A stretch of 64,000 nt of DNA from Octopus sinensis (Eukaryota): assembly GCF_006345805.1 (NCBI RefSeq), contig NC_043012.1, forward strand, positions 6,138,001 to 6,202,000, in the 5' to 3' direction. The first letter of the stretch is position 1; each line of letters starts with the position of its first letter. The notes under the pieces are model-generated. The model was not told the DNA's origin, ran no database searches, and worked only from the letters and a program-made list of their open reading frames with translations. Shown piece by piece: positions 52,242 to 64,000 of this stretch. The translations under genes were made by a program, and so were the position numbers.

Positions 52242-53143
52242 GCTACATGGCAGTGAAACATGAGCCGTGACTGCTGAGAACATGCGTAAACTTGCAAGAA
52301 ATGAAGCCAGTATGCTCTGCTGGATGTGTAATGTAGGGTGCATACATAACAGAGAGTAAGTGCCTTGAGACAAAGGTTGGACCTAAGAAGCATCAGATGT
52401 GGTGTGCAAGAGAGACGACTGCGTTGGTATGGTCATGTGGTGTAAATGGATGAGGATAGCTGTGTGAAAAAGTGTCACGCTCTAACAGTTGAGGGAATCT
52501 GTGGAAGAGGTAGACCCAGGAAGACCTTTGGCCTATGCCAGGGGTGTAACCAGCCTACTTATGCATACCTTTCTTTTGTTGGACACTAAACTTTACTTGC
52601 GAAGACCTGTTGAGGCAAGTGAAATCACAATCAAAATCAAATTCGCTGACGTGGCTGATGACAGCACCATCTGATTGGCACCTGTGCAAGTGGAACGTTA
52701 AAAGCACCATCCGAGCATGATCATTGCCAGGGCCGCTGACTGGCTCCTGTGCCAGTGGCACATAAAAAGCTCCATTCGAGCTTGATTGTTACCAGTGTCG
52801 CCTTACTGGCACTTGTGCCGGTGGAACGTGAAAAAACCACATTTGGGCGAGGTTGTTGCCAGTGCCACTGGACTGGTCCCTGTACAGGTGGCACATAAAA
52901 AACACCATTTGAGCATGGCTGTCGCCAGTACTGCTTTACTAGCCCTCGTGCTGGTGGTATGTAAAAGCAACCACTACACTCTCAGAGTGGTTCGTGTTAG
53001 GAAGGGCATACAGCTGTAGAAACTCTGCCAGATCAGATTGGAGCCTGGTGCAGCCATCTGGCTCACCAGTCCCCAGTCAAACTGTCCAACCCATGCCAGC
53101 ATGGAAAGGGGACATTAGACGATGATGATGATGATGATGATTG
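52241..53143 (+). mobile_element. 5'-truncated RTE LINE with hairpin-repeat 3' UTR
   Basis: LHGSET..RRLRWYGHV..GRGRPRKT, then a deletion into the 3' UTR; (GAT)n tail. Confidence 0.9.
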
Positions 53144-53744
53144 ATGATATGTATAAACACACAAGCACATATATATATGCATACACGGATACGCATACAT
53201 ACATGTTAGCATGCTTATATTCATGTATATAGATGAATTACTCATACAAACAGACAGACGGGCAGACAGATTGATATGTGTGGTTAGCAAGAGGTGAGTG
53301 GGTGTATAGATGTATATAGCCATAACCAGACACCCATGGGTGTCTACCAGGGATGTGAACCGTGTAAACAGTAGAATCAATATAATTTTAGTACAGTTTG
53401 TTGATTAGTTGTCCAATTAGAGTAAGATGGAGAAATAATGTTTATATGGAGGAGAGGGAGAGGGGGAGAATGAGAGAGAGGAAGAAAGAGAGAGAGAGGG
53501 AGAAAGAGAGAAAATGGATGTAAGAATATATTTGTATGTTTATGTGTATATGTGTGAATGTGAGTGAGAACTGGTGTGTGTGTCTTTTTTCTTTTACTTG
53601 CTTCAGTCAGTAGACTGTGGCCATGCTGGGGCACTGCCTTGAAGGATTTTAGTCAAATGACTCAACCCCAGAGCTTTTTTTCTCTTTATATATACACATG
53701 TATATATACACACACATACATATATTTATGTATGTCTATGTATC

Positions 53745-54161
53745 TCTTTTACTCTTTTACTTGTTTCAGTCATTTGAGTGTGGCCATACTGGAGCACTGC
53801 CTTTAGTCGAGCAAATCAACCCCAGAGCTTATTCTTTGTAAGCCTAGTACTTATTCCGTCGGTCTCTTTTGCCGAACCACTAAGTTACAGGGATGTAAAC
53901 ACACCAGCATTGGTTGTCAAGCGATGTTGGGTGGGGAGAAACAGACACACAAATATATACACACACATCATACATATACATATATATATATACATATACG
54001 ACAGACTTCTCCCAGTTTCCATCTACCATATCCACTCACAAGGCTTTGGTTGTCCCAAAGCTATAGTAGACACTTGCCCAAGGTGCCATGTAGTGGGACA
54101 CCGAACCCGGGACCATGTGGGTGGTAAGCTAGCGACTTACCACACAGCTACTCCTGCGCCT
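53745..54161 (-). mobile_element. SINE family B
   Basis: Reverse complement of family B. Confidence 0.85.
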
Positions 54162-54198
54162 ATATATATGTATATGTGAGTTTGTATATATGTATATA

Positions 54199-54243
<45 letters not shown>

Positions 54244-54278
54244 TAGATATATATATATATAATGTATATAATAACATA

Positions 54279-54314
<36 letters not shown>

Positions 54315-54720
54315 TGTATGTATGTATGATATGTGGTGTGTGCTATATATGTATGTATATTTATATGTGTGTGTGTGTGAAGTCAAAGTGAGGTAAGACA
54401 CATCTTCACAATCGACATATTAAATCTTCTTACATTCTGGACTGGCAGTTGTTGTAACAACACAGCTTATTTATCTTTATTTATCTAAGTTGATAGATGG
54501 GTCTGGCTGACAACACATACACACACTAAGGCAACACAGAGCCAACCAATCAGTGCATGCACACGTGTTAAAATATCTTTATGTGTAAACTTCCTAGAGC
54601 TAAGTTTCTCTATCTGACTATGTTTGTGCTATTGTGCATGTGCAAGCATGCATGCATATATATATATATATACATGTATATATGCATATATATATATATA
54701 TATACATGTATATATGCATA

Positions 54721-54768
<48 letters not shown>

Positions 54769-54820
54769 ATATGCATGCATGCACATGTGCACCAACACAT
54801 ACGTATATATATATATATTC

Positions 54821-55030
54821 TTTTCTAATCTAGGTACAAGGCCTGAGATTTTTGTGGGAGGGGGCCAGTTGATTAGATCAACCCTAGTATGCAACTGGTA
54901 CTTAATTTATCAACCCTGAAAGGATGAGAGGCAAAGTCAACCTCTATGGAATTTGAACTCAGAACACAGACAGACAAAATACCGCTAAACTTCTTGCCTG
55001 GTGTGCCAACGATTCTGCTACCTCGCCGCA
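54821..55030 (-). mobile_element. SINE family A
   Basis: Reverse complement of family A. Confidence 0.8.
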
Positions 55031-55342
55031 TACATATATATGTTCTTTTCTACTCCAGAGTATATATATATATATATATTAAAATTAAGAATGGGGAAGA
55101 CTGGTTTAGGGGATTACCTTAGTTTTCCTGTCCATAAAGGGTTTAGATTTATGGCGTATTATCAGATACCAAAAGAAGCCTTGGATCAATAGGTCTTGGG
55201 TTCTGATGATATGCCATAAAGCTAAACTCTTTATGGACGGCAAACCTAAGGTAATCCCATAAACTGGCCTGCCCCATTTTTAATATATACTGCTCTACAT
55301 CTTAGAGTGTGCTTCTTCTTTCAGATTTGTTTTCTGCAAATG

Positions 55343-55377
<35 letters not shown>

Positions 55378-55460
55378 ACACACACATATATATATATATA
55401 TATAATATATATATATATATATACAATCATAATACATCATACATACATACTATATATAAA

Positions 55461-56067
55461 GGCACAGGCGTGGCTGTGTGGTAAGGAGCTTGCTTCCCAA
55501 CCATATGGTTCTGGTTTCAGTCCTACTGCATGGCACCTTGGGCAAGTGTCTTCTACTGTAGCCTTGTGCCAACCAATGCCTTGTGAGAGGATTTGGTAGA
55601 TGGGAACTGAAGGAAGCCTGTTGTGTAATATATATATATATATATATATACTCTTTACTCTCTTTTACTTGTTTCAATCATTTGACTGTGGCCATGCTAG
55701 AGCACTGCCTTTAGTCGAACAAATCGACCCTTTGTAAGCCTAGTACTTATACTGTCGGTCTCTTTTGCCGAACCACTAAGTTATGGGGACGTAAACACAC
55801 CAGCATCAGTTGTCAAGCGATATTGTGGCGGTGGTGGCAAAAACAGACACACAAACATATACACACACATACACACACACACACACACACAGATACTCAT
55901 ACACATATATATGACAGGCTTCTTTCAGTTTCCATCTACCAAATCCACTCACAAGGCTTTGGTCAGCCCGAGGCTATTGTAGAAGACACTTGCCCAAGGT
56001 GCCGCACAGTGGGACTGAACCCGGAACTATGTGGTTCGTAAGCAAGCTACTTACCACACAGCCACTC

Positions 56068-56070
<3 letters not shown>
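55461..56070. mobile_element. SINE-B head (+, 55461-55622) facing a full SINE-B (-, 55653-56070)
   Basis: The heads form an inverted pair with a spacer of about 290 bp. Confidence 0.85.
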
Positions 56071-56108
<38 letters not shown>

Positions 56109-56494
56109 TTGTAGCATTTCTTGCATGAAGGACAGGTATGTGCTGCTTGACTGAGTAAGGTGCTAAAAAAAAAATTAAGAAATGCAATAAACGAACCAGA
56201 ATTTTAACAAAAATCTCCTTTTTCATTTTATGAGAGTCAGCTGCAGAAAGCCTACATATATTATGCAGTGTGTTATGTAGTGCTATTATGTGGGTTTTAT
56301 TTTGACATTCCATGCGTTGGTTTAAGTACTGGGAGTTGCATTCAGGTGGCAGGCGTGCATCTGTTGGCCATTGAGGCATTTTGTCACTTTTATATGTTTC
56401 TGCCAATTAAAAATTTAATAATGTATGTACGTTCATGCGTTGACTTCCTTTTCTCGTTTCATCCAGCAAACATACATATGTGTATGTATGTATA

Positions 56495-56591
<97 letters not shown>

Positions 56592-56618
56592 ACATATATG
56601 TATATATACATATATACA

Positions 56619-56935
56619 TTGCAGTCTGGGTAATTAGGTGGCCAGATGTTAGGGGTGACACGGTCGCAGAAATTGTCTGAAAGCTATGTCTGGGTTCTCC
56701 TGCTTGTGTGGTATGGTGCAGAGTCCTGTTGCCAGACATAGGGTTTTCTAGGAGCCACTCTCTTCACCCAGAGAAGCACTATCTCTTTCAGGGCACTTGA
56801 TACAGGCCTCTGTGCTGAGTATGAGGCCATGTGGGAAGATGAATGGAGGTATAACATCGCCATCACTAGTGATCACTCCAAATATCATGATGTTGACTGG
56901 ATGTTTGATTTTTATCACTTTTGATACATGCACAC
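56619..56935 (-). mobile_element. maT (DD37D) transposase catalytic-region fragment
   Basis: [37 protein letters not shown] and WPPNYPDCN; spacing from the DSAP Asp fits DD37D if the missing PLD follows. Confidence 0.82.
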
Positions 56936-57609
56936 TTTTGGTACAAGGCACCTGCTTCACTCTCAGAGTGGTTGGCTTTAGGAAGGGTATCCAGCTGTAG
57001 AAACCTTGCCAGATCAGATTGGAGCCTGGTGCCGCCTTCTAGCTTGCCAGTCCTCAGTCAAACCGTCCAACCCATGCCAGCATGGAAAACGGACGTTAAA
57101 CGATGATGATGATGATTATAATGATGATGATGATGATACATACACCACGCACATAAACACATGTGTGTGTGTGTGTGTGTGTGCGTTTGTTATCCCTATT
57201 TCTTTATAACTGGGGATGATTTGTTTGATTAAAACTCTGCAAGGTGATGCCCCAGCATGACCACAGTTCATTGACCGAAACAACTAAAAGAGAAACCAGT
57301 AATATTTATTTGCAGTAGCAGCCATTTGTTGTGCAATGATCGGTAAAACGTGCTTTGGTTGTCTTGTATTAACACACAATCTGAAACGTGGTTTTATAGC
57401 CTGTTAATCCTCTCTATGAAAAGATTAAGTGTTAGAGTACACAAGTCTCTCTATACAATGTCTATTCTAGGCAAGATAATAAAGGTTGCTTCTGAATGGT
57501 TGCTCCACTTGCTAACAATAGTAGCCAAATAGGCTTCAAACCACATCATTGCTATCTGGGTTTGTTATGACTGGAAAACATTTGGTTATGGGTTTGTTTC
57601 ATCAGAACA

Positions 57610-57998
57610 GTGGAGGCACAATGGCCCAGTGGTTAGGGCAGCGGACTCGCGGTCATAGGATCGCGGTTTCGATTCCCAGACCGGGCGTTGTGAGTGTTTA
57701 TTGATTGAAAACACCTAAAGCTCCACGAGGCTCCGGCAGGGGATGGTGGTGATCCCTGCTGTACTCTTTCACCACAACTTTCTCTCACTCTTACTTCCTG
57801 TTTATGTTGTACTTGTATTTCAAAGGGCCAGCCTTGTCACTCTCTGTGTCACGCTGAATATCCCCGAGAACTACGTTAATGGTACACGTGTCTGTGGAGT
57901 GCTCAGCCACTTACACGTTAATTTCACGAGCAGGCTGTTCCGTTGATTCGGATCAACCGGAACCCTCATCGTCGTAACCGACGGAGTGCTTCCATCCA
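57610..57998 (+). mobile_element. Full-length tRNA-derived SINE, family D, with 11-bp TSD
   Basis: tRNA-like head (tggcccagtggttaggg..ggtttcgattccc); TSD tcatcagaaca at 57599-57609 and 57999-58009. Confidence 0.92.
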
Positions 57999-59023
57999 TC
58001 ATCAGAACAATCTTGAGCTGAACTGCAACAACAATCACAGCACCAATATCTGCTACAGGGTATGATATGAAGGAAAGAATTTGGGGACTTTAACTGCTTT
58101 TTCTAACAGGTCAAGTGACTGCAAAGAAATTCAACCTCAAAGGAAAGACACATCAAATAATGAAGTGTTAGAAGGAAGAGGTGGCTATGGCGGGAATGTC
58201 TCTTAATTATAAGTGACAGTCTAGTCAGGGTTCACATTGAGCCAAACGATGACGACGACAAAAACAACAACAACATCAACAACAAATCATCTGTTTCAGA
58301 AAAGTCAACAAGAAGCACATCAATGGAATCTACCTCACTCTAATGAGATACAGGGAAGGCCATGGGCACTACTCATTCCTTGAGACCAGTGGTTCTCAGA
58401 GTGTTCACACAACCCTTAAAGATCCATATAAGGTTTTGGTGTAAAAATTTATCTGCTTATACTTCTACAAAGCCCAAAATATTTTACCAAATTTTTTTAT
58501 GCAATTCCTAATAATGTTTGATTACGAAAATAGTATTTTTTAAAACATCGAATGGTTCTGAAGGTCCGTTTGAGTAACACAGAAATCAAACGGGTCCATT
58601 GATAAAATTTGGTTAAAAAAGTGGTTGCTTAACCAGCTAGAAATAGCAACCAGAAATCCCTCAGATCTTTACCTTACAATTTTGAATATTAAATAAAGGA
58701 CTCATTGGCTTATGAAGTCCCTGATATATGAAAATATGGGATGTTGTAGCAGAGTAGTAGTGGTCATGGTTAGAAGCACTTTTAATCGTAAGAAATCTGT
58801 TCAGTCTGACTTGGTTTAAGCTGACAGTATCTTTCTTAACAGCATCTTTTCCAAAGTGTTTTCAAAGTTCCTTGGTTCCAAAGTTACCAAATTCTTATGT
58901 TATATTGTGGCTTCACACAGGGCTGCCATAGCAGTATTATTGTCCTCCACACCAAGCAAATCAATACAAGCATTTTCTTAGCAAGCCACAGCACATATAT
59001 CTATCTATCTGTATGTATGTCTA

Positions 59024-59070
<47 letters not shown>

Positions 59071-59071
<1 letters not shown>

Positions 59072-59625
59072 GAGCAAAATGCCCCCCGTCCAATGGACGT
59101 TGCTGAATCATATCTGCTGAATAAAAAGCAATCAGTGTTTTCTTTTCATTAAAAAATAATTATGCATGCCTTTATTTCAATAAAATTTTGGGTTTTGTTA
59201 AATGATGTTGAGGCAAAAAAAAAACTTCTTGAGAAACCAAATAGTCTTTCCTTCCTTCATGCCAAGTTTGAAGAAAATATCTCTTTTGCATCTTACTTTT
59301 TTGGTCTCTTAAATATACTACATTTTGTGGCATTATTTCAAGCCAGCCGGCTTTTATTGTGCAAACTGCATGTGCATTTTTCTCGTGTACGCATAGTATT
59401 GATTGCAACAGCTGATGTACTTGCGCATAGAAATGCATGTTCCCACAGCTTTATCAATTGCATTCTCACCTGGAATTGATTTTTGTAGTTTTTTCAAGAC
59501 TTATACATGCCTTGATACTGTTGGTATCTACATATCAAATTTGAGCGCAATCGGATGGAGGATGCCCAAGATCCTAGAAGACACACACACAGACAGACTG
59601 AATGATTTTATATAATATATATATA
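59071..59625 (-). mobile_element. Non-autonomous Helitron-like element
   Basis: Minus strand 3' end: hairpin cgtcc-att-ggacg (59087-59099) 12 nt upstream of CTCG|T (CTRR-like); 5' end has a ctgtctgtgtgt tract in TA context. Confidence 0.55.
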
Positions 59626-59633
59626 TATATATA

Positions 59634-60345
59634 TCATCATCATCATCATCATCGTTTAACGTCCGTTTTCCGCGCTAGCATGGGTTGGACAGTTCGACCG
59701 GGGTCTGGGAAGCCAGGGGCTGCTCCAGGCTCCAGTCTGATCTGGCAGAGTTTCTACGGCTGGATGCCCTTCCTAACGCCAACCACTCCGTGAGTGTAGT
59801 GGGTGCTTTTTACGTGCCACCTGCACAGGTGCCAGGGGGGGGTCCGGCATCGGTCACGATCGGTTGGAGCTTTTAACGTGCCAGCGGCACGGAAGCCAGC
59901 CAAGGCGACGCTGGCAACGTTCGGATGGTCTTTTTATGTGCCACCGGCACAGGCATCACAACTACTATTTCCATTGATATTTATTTCGATGTTCATGTTC
60001 ATATACTTGACTCAACAGGTCTCCTCAAGCACAGCGGGACGTTCTGGGATCCGGGGTACTTTGAATGGGCAGGGGCTATGCGAAACTGATGCAGGAAGCA
60101 GCCCGAGTCTTTGCATTCACAGCATATCTCCAGAGATCTCGGTCCTTCGCCATTGCCTCAGTGAGGCCCAACGCTCTGAGGTCATGCTTGACTACCTCAT
60201 CCCATGTCTTCCTGGGTCTACCTCTCCCCCTGATACCTTCAACTGTTTGGGAGTGGCACTTCTTCACACATCTCTCCTCATCCATCCGCAGCACATGACC
60301 ATACCATCGCAAGCGTCACTCTTGCACATCACATCTGATGCTTTT
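59634..60345 (-). mobile_element. 5'-truncated RTE LINE
   Basis: RWYGHVLRMDEERCVKKC..GRGRPRKTWDEVV; (GAT)n tail. Confidence 0.9.
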
Positions 60346-60350
60346 TATAT

Positions 60351-60389
<39 letters not shown>

Positions 60390-60619
60390 TATAGAAATAT
60401 TAATATTTCTCAGTCTCTCTAAAGGAGACTACGGCAGCGGTACTGGATATTAATAGTTATTGCCAAGCTAACATGGCAGCCCAGAAAATTAGGACGAATG
60501 CTGCTGTTGATTAGCTCCAAGAGGCCATTACCTCTAGCTAGCTATGTGACACATGAACCTGTGTTCATTATCTGTTCGAAGGATTATTTACCTAAAATTC
60601 AGTGGAATATATCCACTGG

Positions 60620-60925
60620 TTTTCAAAAAAATTACTGGCACTTGTGCTGGTGGTACATGAAAAGCAACATTCGAGCGAGGTTGTTGCTAGTGCCACTGGA
60701 GTGGCTCCTGTGCAGGTGGTGCATAAAAAACACCATTTGAGCATGGCCATCGCCAGTACCGCCTGACTGGCCCTTGTGCCAGTGGCACATAAAAGCACCC
60801 ACTACACTCTCAGAGTGGCTGGCATTAGGAAAGGCATCCAGCTGTAGAAGCTTTGCCAGATCAAACCATCCAACCCATGCCAGCATGGAAAGCAGATGTT
60901 AAACGATGATGATGATGATGATGAT
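60620..60925 (+). mobile_element. RTE 3' UTR/tail fragment, inverted relative to 59634-60345
   Basis: Hairpin units plus tail. Confidence 0.82.
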
Positions 60926-60929
60926 TCAA

Positions 60930-61400
60930 TTTTACAAATTTCATTCTTCATTCCAATTCGTTTCTTCTTTTCTATTTTTTTTTCATCTGCTCTTTCTCTT
61001 TTCCTCTAATTTATTTTACATTTTTCTTTTTTTTTCATCTGTCTCTTCTTTCATTTCTTCCTTCTTTCTCATTCATTATTTCCGTCTCCAATTTTTTCTA
61101 AAAAACAATCCTCACCTTCCTTCATTTTAAATTTTTAACTCTTTCACTTTCCTACCATTCCTTTCTTCTTATCGTTCTTTTTCTCTTTTTCTTCCTTCTT
61201 TTCTTTCCTCCTACCTTCTTTCTTTCTTTCTTTCTTTCTTTCTCTTTTTCTCTTTCTTTCTGTCTCCCCTCCCCCTTCCTTCCTTCCTTCCTTCTTTCCT
61301 TCCTTCCTTCCTCCCTCCCTTTCTTTCATTCCCCCTCCCTCCCTCCCTCCCTCCCTCCTACTATGTTGTGTCACTCTCTCCCACTCTATCTTTCCCATTT
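60930..61400. repeat. Polypyrimidine (TTTC/TTCC/CCCT) tract
   Basis: Direct reading. Confidence 0.9.
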
Positions 61401-61589
61401 TCTCTCTTACTCTCCCATCAATAATTTATTTACCAACTTTTAATCTGTTTTCATTAAGACTTAATTTCAGAACGAGATTTTCATTAAACAAATACACAAC
61501 AACTGCAATTTCAAAACCATCAGCACTGGACCAAAAATGCCAATTAATTAGTTGATTTAATGAATCTTTCTCTGTCAGCATCAATATTA

Positions 61590-61682
61590 TTATGATGACA
61601 ATGATGACGATGACGATGATGACAACAATGATGAGTATAAAGGTAATGATGATGCTGATGAGGATAATGATGACAATGAAAC

Positions 61683-61736
<54 letters not shown>

Positions 61737-61850
61737 CATTGACTTTTATTGTCATTGCTCTTATTGTTATATCTGTCATTGTCTTGATTGTATTCATCAT
61801 CACCACCACCACCACCTCCACCACCACCACCACCACCACCACCACTACCT
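61590..61850. repeat. (GAT)n and (CAC)n trinucleotide arrays
   Basis: Direct reading. Confidence 0.92.
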
Positions 61851-62082
61851 ATTTCTTTATTACCCACAAGGGGCTAAACATAGAGGGGACAAACAAGGAC
61901 AAACTTACGTATTAATTCGATTACATCGACCCCCAGTGCGTAACTGGCACTTATTTAATCGACCCTGAAAGGATGAAAGGTAGAGTCGACCTCGGCGGAA
62001 TTTGAACTCAGAACATAGCGGCAGACGAAATACTGCTAAGCATTTCGTCCGGCGTGCTAACGATTCTGCCAATTCGCCGCCC
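61851..62082 (-). mobile_element. SINE family A, tail variant 2 (near-consensus)
   Basis: Family A body; 3' end ttgtcccctctatgtttagccccttgtgggtaataaagaaat. Confidence 0.88.
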
Positions 62083-62525
62083 TACCATCACCACTACCAT
62101 CACCGCTGTCACTGCCACCATCACCACCACTATCGTCGTTGCCACTGCTACCACCACAACCACCACCACCACCACCACCATCACCACCACCACCACCACC
62201 ACCACCACCACCACTATCACCACCACCACCACCATCATCATCATTATCCCCAACATCACTTCAGTGCCATCATCATAAACACAACCACCATCCACTGTCA
62301 TCATAAACATGATTGTCATCCTTGCCAATGTTAAATCACCATAAACATCATCATCATCAACCCCCATCCCCCCACTACCACCACCACCGCCGCCACCACA
62401 ACCACTGCAGCTGACACTACCATCATCACCATCTCCAACATAACCACCACTGCAAGCACCACCTCCACCATCACTACCATCACCACTACAACCACCACCA
62501 CCACTATCATCATCATTATCCTCAT
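62083..62525. repeat. (CAC)n/(CAT)n trinucleotide array
   Basis: Direct reading; source of the poly-His and poly-Thr ORFs. Confidence 0.92.
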
Positions 62526-62929
62526 AAGTATTCTAAGCTTGTAATCTTTCCGCAGTGTCCTTCGAACTACAAGTTAGAACGTGCCATCCCAATCAAAGTG
62601 TCAGCTCTGATTATGTAAATATAGGTATAGAATTGTTCCTGCCAACCCCAACAAACCAATAATAGACTGACCGTGTTATTCACTGAAGTTTCACTGCCAA
62701 CTCACCAACTTTCGTTTGCTACCTCATCCACCCCTCCTTCTTGAATAAGACATACCTTCATTATCTAAATTTCCATACTTTTAATTATTGTTTAAGTGTT
62801 GTTTTGTGCCAGTATATATCTAGACGTATGTAGATGTGTTTTACATATATACATATGTACATCATGTATATATATATATACATGTATGTATGTACATTAT
62901 ATATATTATATATGTATGCATGTACATTA

Positions 62930-64000
62930 TCATCATCATCATCATCATCATCATCGTTTAACGTCCGTTCTCCATGCTAGCATGAGTTGGACGGTTCGAC
63001 TGGAGATCTGGGAAGCCAGAAGGCTGCACCAGGCTCCAGTCTGATCTGGCAGTGTTTCTACAGCTGGATGCCCTTCCTAATGCCAACCACTCCGTGAGTG
63101 TAGTGGGTGTTTTTTACATGCCACCTGTACAGGTGCTAGGCGAGGCTGGCAATGGCCATGATCGGATTGGTGTATTTTACGTGCCACCGGCACGGAAGCC
63201 AGTCTAGGCGAGCTGGCCTCGGCCACGTTCAGATGGTGTTTTTTACATGCCACCGGCACAGGGATCACAACTGCAGTTTCCATTGATTTTGATGTTGGTG
63301 TACTTGACTCAATGGATCTCCTCAAGCACAGGGTCAAAATGGGTTTTCTTCACTTGCCACCTGCACAGGAGTCAGTCCAGCAGTCCTGGCAACTGCCAGG
63401 TGCCAGTCATAGGATTGGTTCAATTTCGATTCCGATTTCACTTGCCCCAACAGGTCTTCGCAAGCAGAGTTTAGTATCCATTGAAGGGAGGTTGGCATGA
63501 GTGCCTGTCGTCGGATGAGGTTCGATTTCGACTTCGCTTGCCTCAACAGGTCTTTGTGTGTCCAAGAGAGGAAAGACATGCATAAGTGGGCTGGACTTAC
63601 TTGTCTTGCTGGGTCTTCTCACGCACAGCATATTTCCAAAGGCCTCGGTTGTTAGTCATTGCTTCGGTGAGGCCTAAATTTCGAAGGTCGTACTTCACCA
63701 CCTCATCCCAGGTTTTCCTGGGTCTACCTCTTCCACGGGTTCCCTCAACTGCTAGGGATTGGCACTTTTTCACACACCTATCTTCATCCATTCTCGCCAC
63801 ATGACCATACCAATGCAATCGTCTCTCTTGCACACCAGAGCTGATGCTTCTTAGGTCCAACATTTCTCTCAAGGTACTAACACTTTGTCGAGTATGCACA
63901 CTGGCATTACACATCCATCGGAACATACTGGCTTCATTCCTCGCGAGCTTACGCATGTCCTCAGCAGTCACGGCCCATGTTTCCCTGCCATGTAGCATGG
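62930..64000 (-). mobile_element. RTE LINE 3' part, running off the window edge
   Basis: MLHGRETWAVTAEDMRKLARNEASMFRWMC..RRLHWYGHVARM..GRGRPRKTWDEVV; 3' UTR hairpin units; (GAT)n tail. Confidence 0.92.

Noticed and set aside
51729-52373. 214-aa minus-strand ORF
   Set aside because: A chimera of antisense RTE sequence, microsatellites and an RTE tail.
52660-52975. CRISPR-like look of repeated hairpin units
   Set aside because: The intervening sequences are homologous to one another, the array is always inside RTE 3' UTRs, the context is eukaryotic and there are no cas genes.
57612-57685. Possible tRNA gene
   Set aside because: The tRNA-like sequence continues into a 390-bp body bounded by a TSD, so it is a SINE head.
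58386-58640. hAT-like MITE starting cagtggttctca
   Set aside because: The right TIR and 8-bp TSD are not recognisable; too degraded to support.
61426-62525. Poly-His, poly-Thr, poly-Val and poly-Met ORFs
   Set aside because: Pure (CAC)n/(GAT)n arrays interrupted by a SINE; no splice or codon evidence.
62545-62630. Candidate next exon (tctttccgcag acceptor, AG|GTATAG donor)
   Set aside because: The phase-0 frame needed after the 43078 donor hits a stop, and no frame resembles a PDZ continuation.

Overview
Eukaryotic, AT-rich, microsatellite-saturated DNA. The repeat landscape (tRNA-derived SINEs, RTE LINEs with (GAT)n tails, Penelope-type ends, Tc1/mariner relics) points to an Octopus genome; this is my recognition, not a database result. 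I can support only one host coding exon: a ~0.9 kb + strand exon (acceptor ~42187, ATG 42290 in ACCATGG context, GT donor 43079) encoding one complete PDZ domain and the start of a second, from a multi-PDZ scaffold gene whose other exons I could not find here. The rest is intron or intergenic sequence made of LINE fragments from four clades (RTE, Tx1/L1-like, R4/Dong-like, CR1-group), several SINE families, mariner and DD37D maT relics, TTAA-flanked MITEs, Helitron-like elements and long simple repeats. Almost all other ORFs in the supplied track are microsatellite read-throughs. The most interesting signal is a set of 10 type-I hammerhead-ribozyme-like motifs from several sequence families, of the minimal palindromic-stem-III kind known from Penelope-like elements. 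Three sit inside fold-back elements whose second arm is antisense to the ribozyme 3' half. The three copies with intact CUGANGA and GAAA all lie antisense to the PDZ gene. Other leads are a PHD finger inside an RTE reverse transcriptase, two SINE/LINE shared 3' tails, microsatellite-targeted LINEs and an inverted mariner pair with matching outer flanks. Coordinates were counted by hand, and repeat boundaries are approximate.
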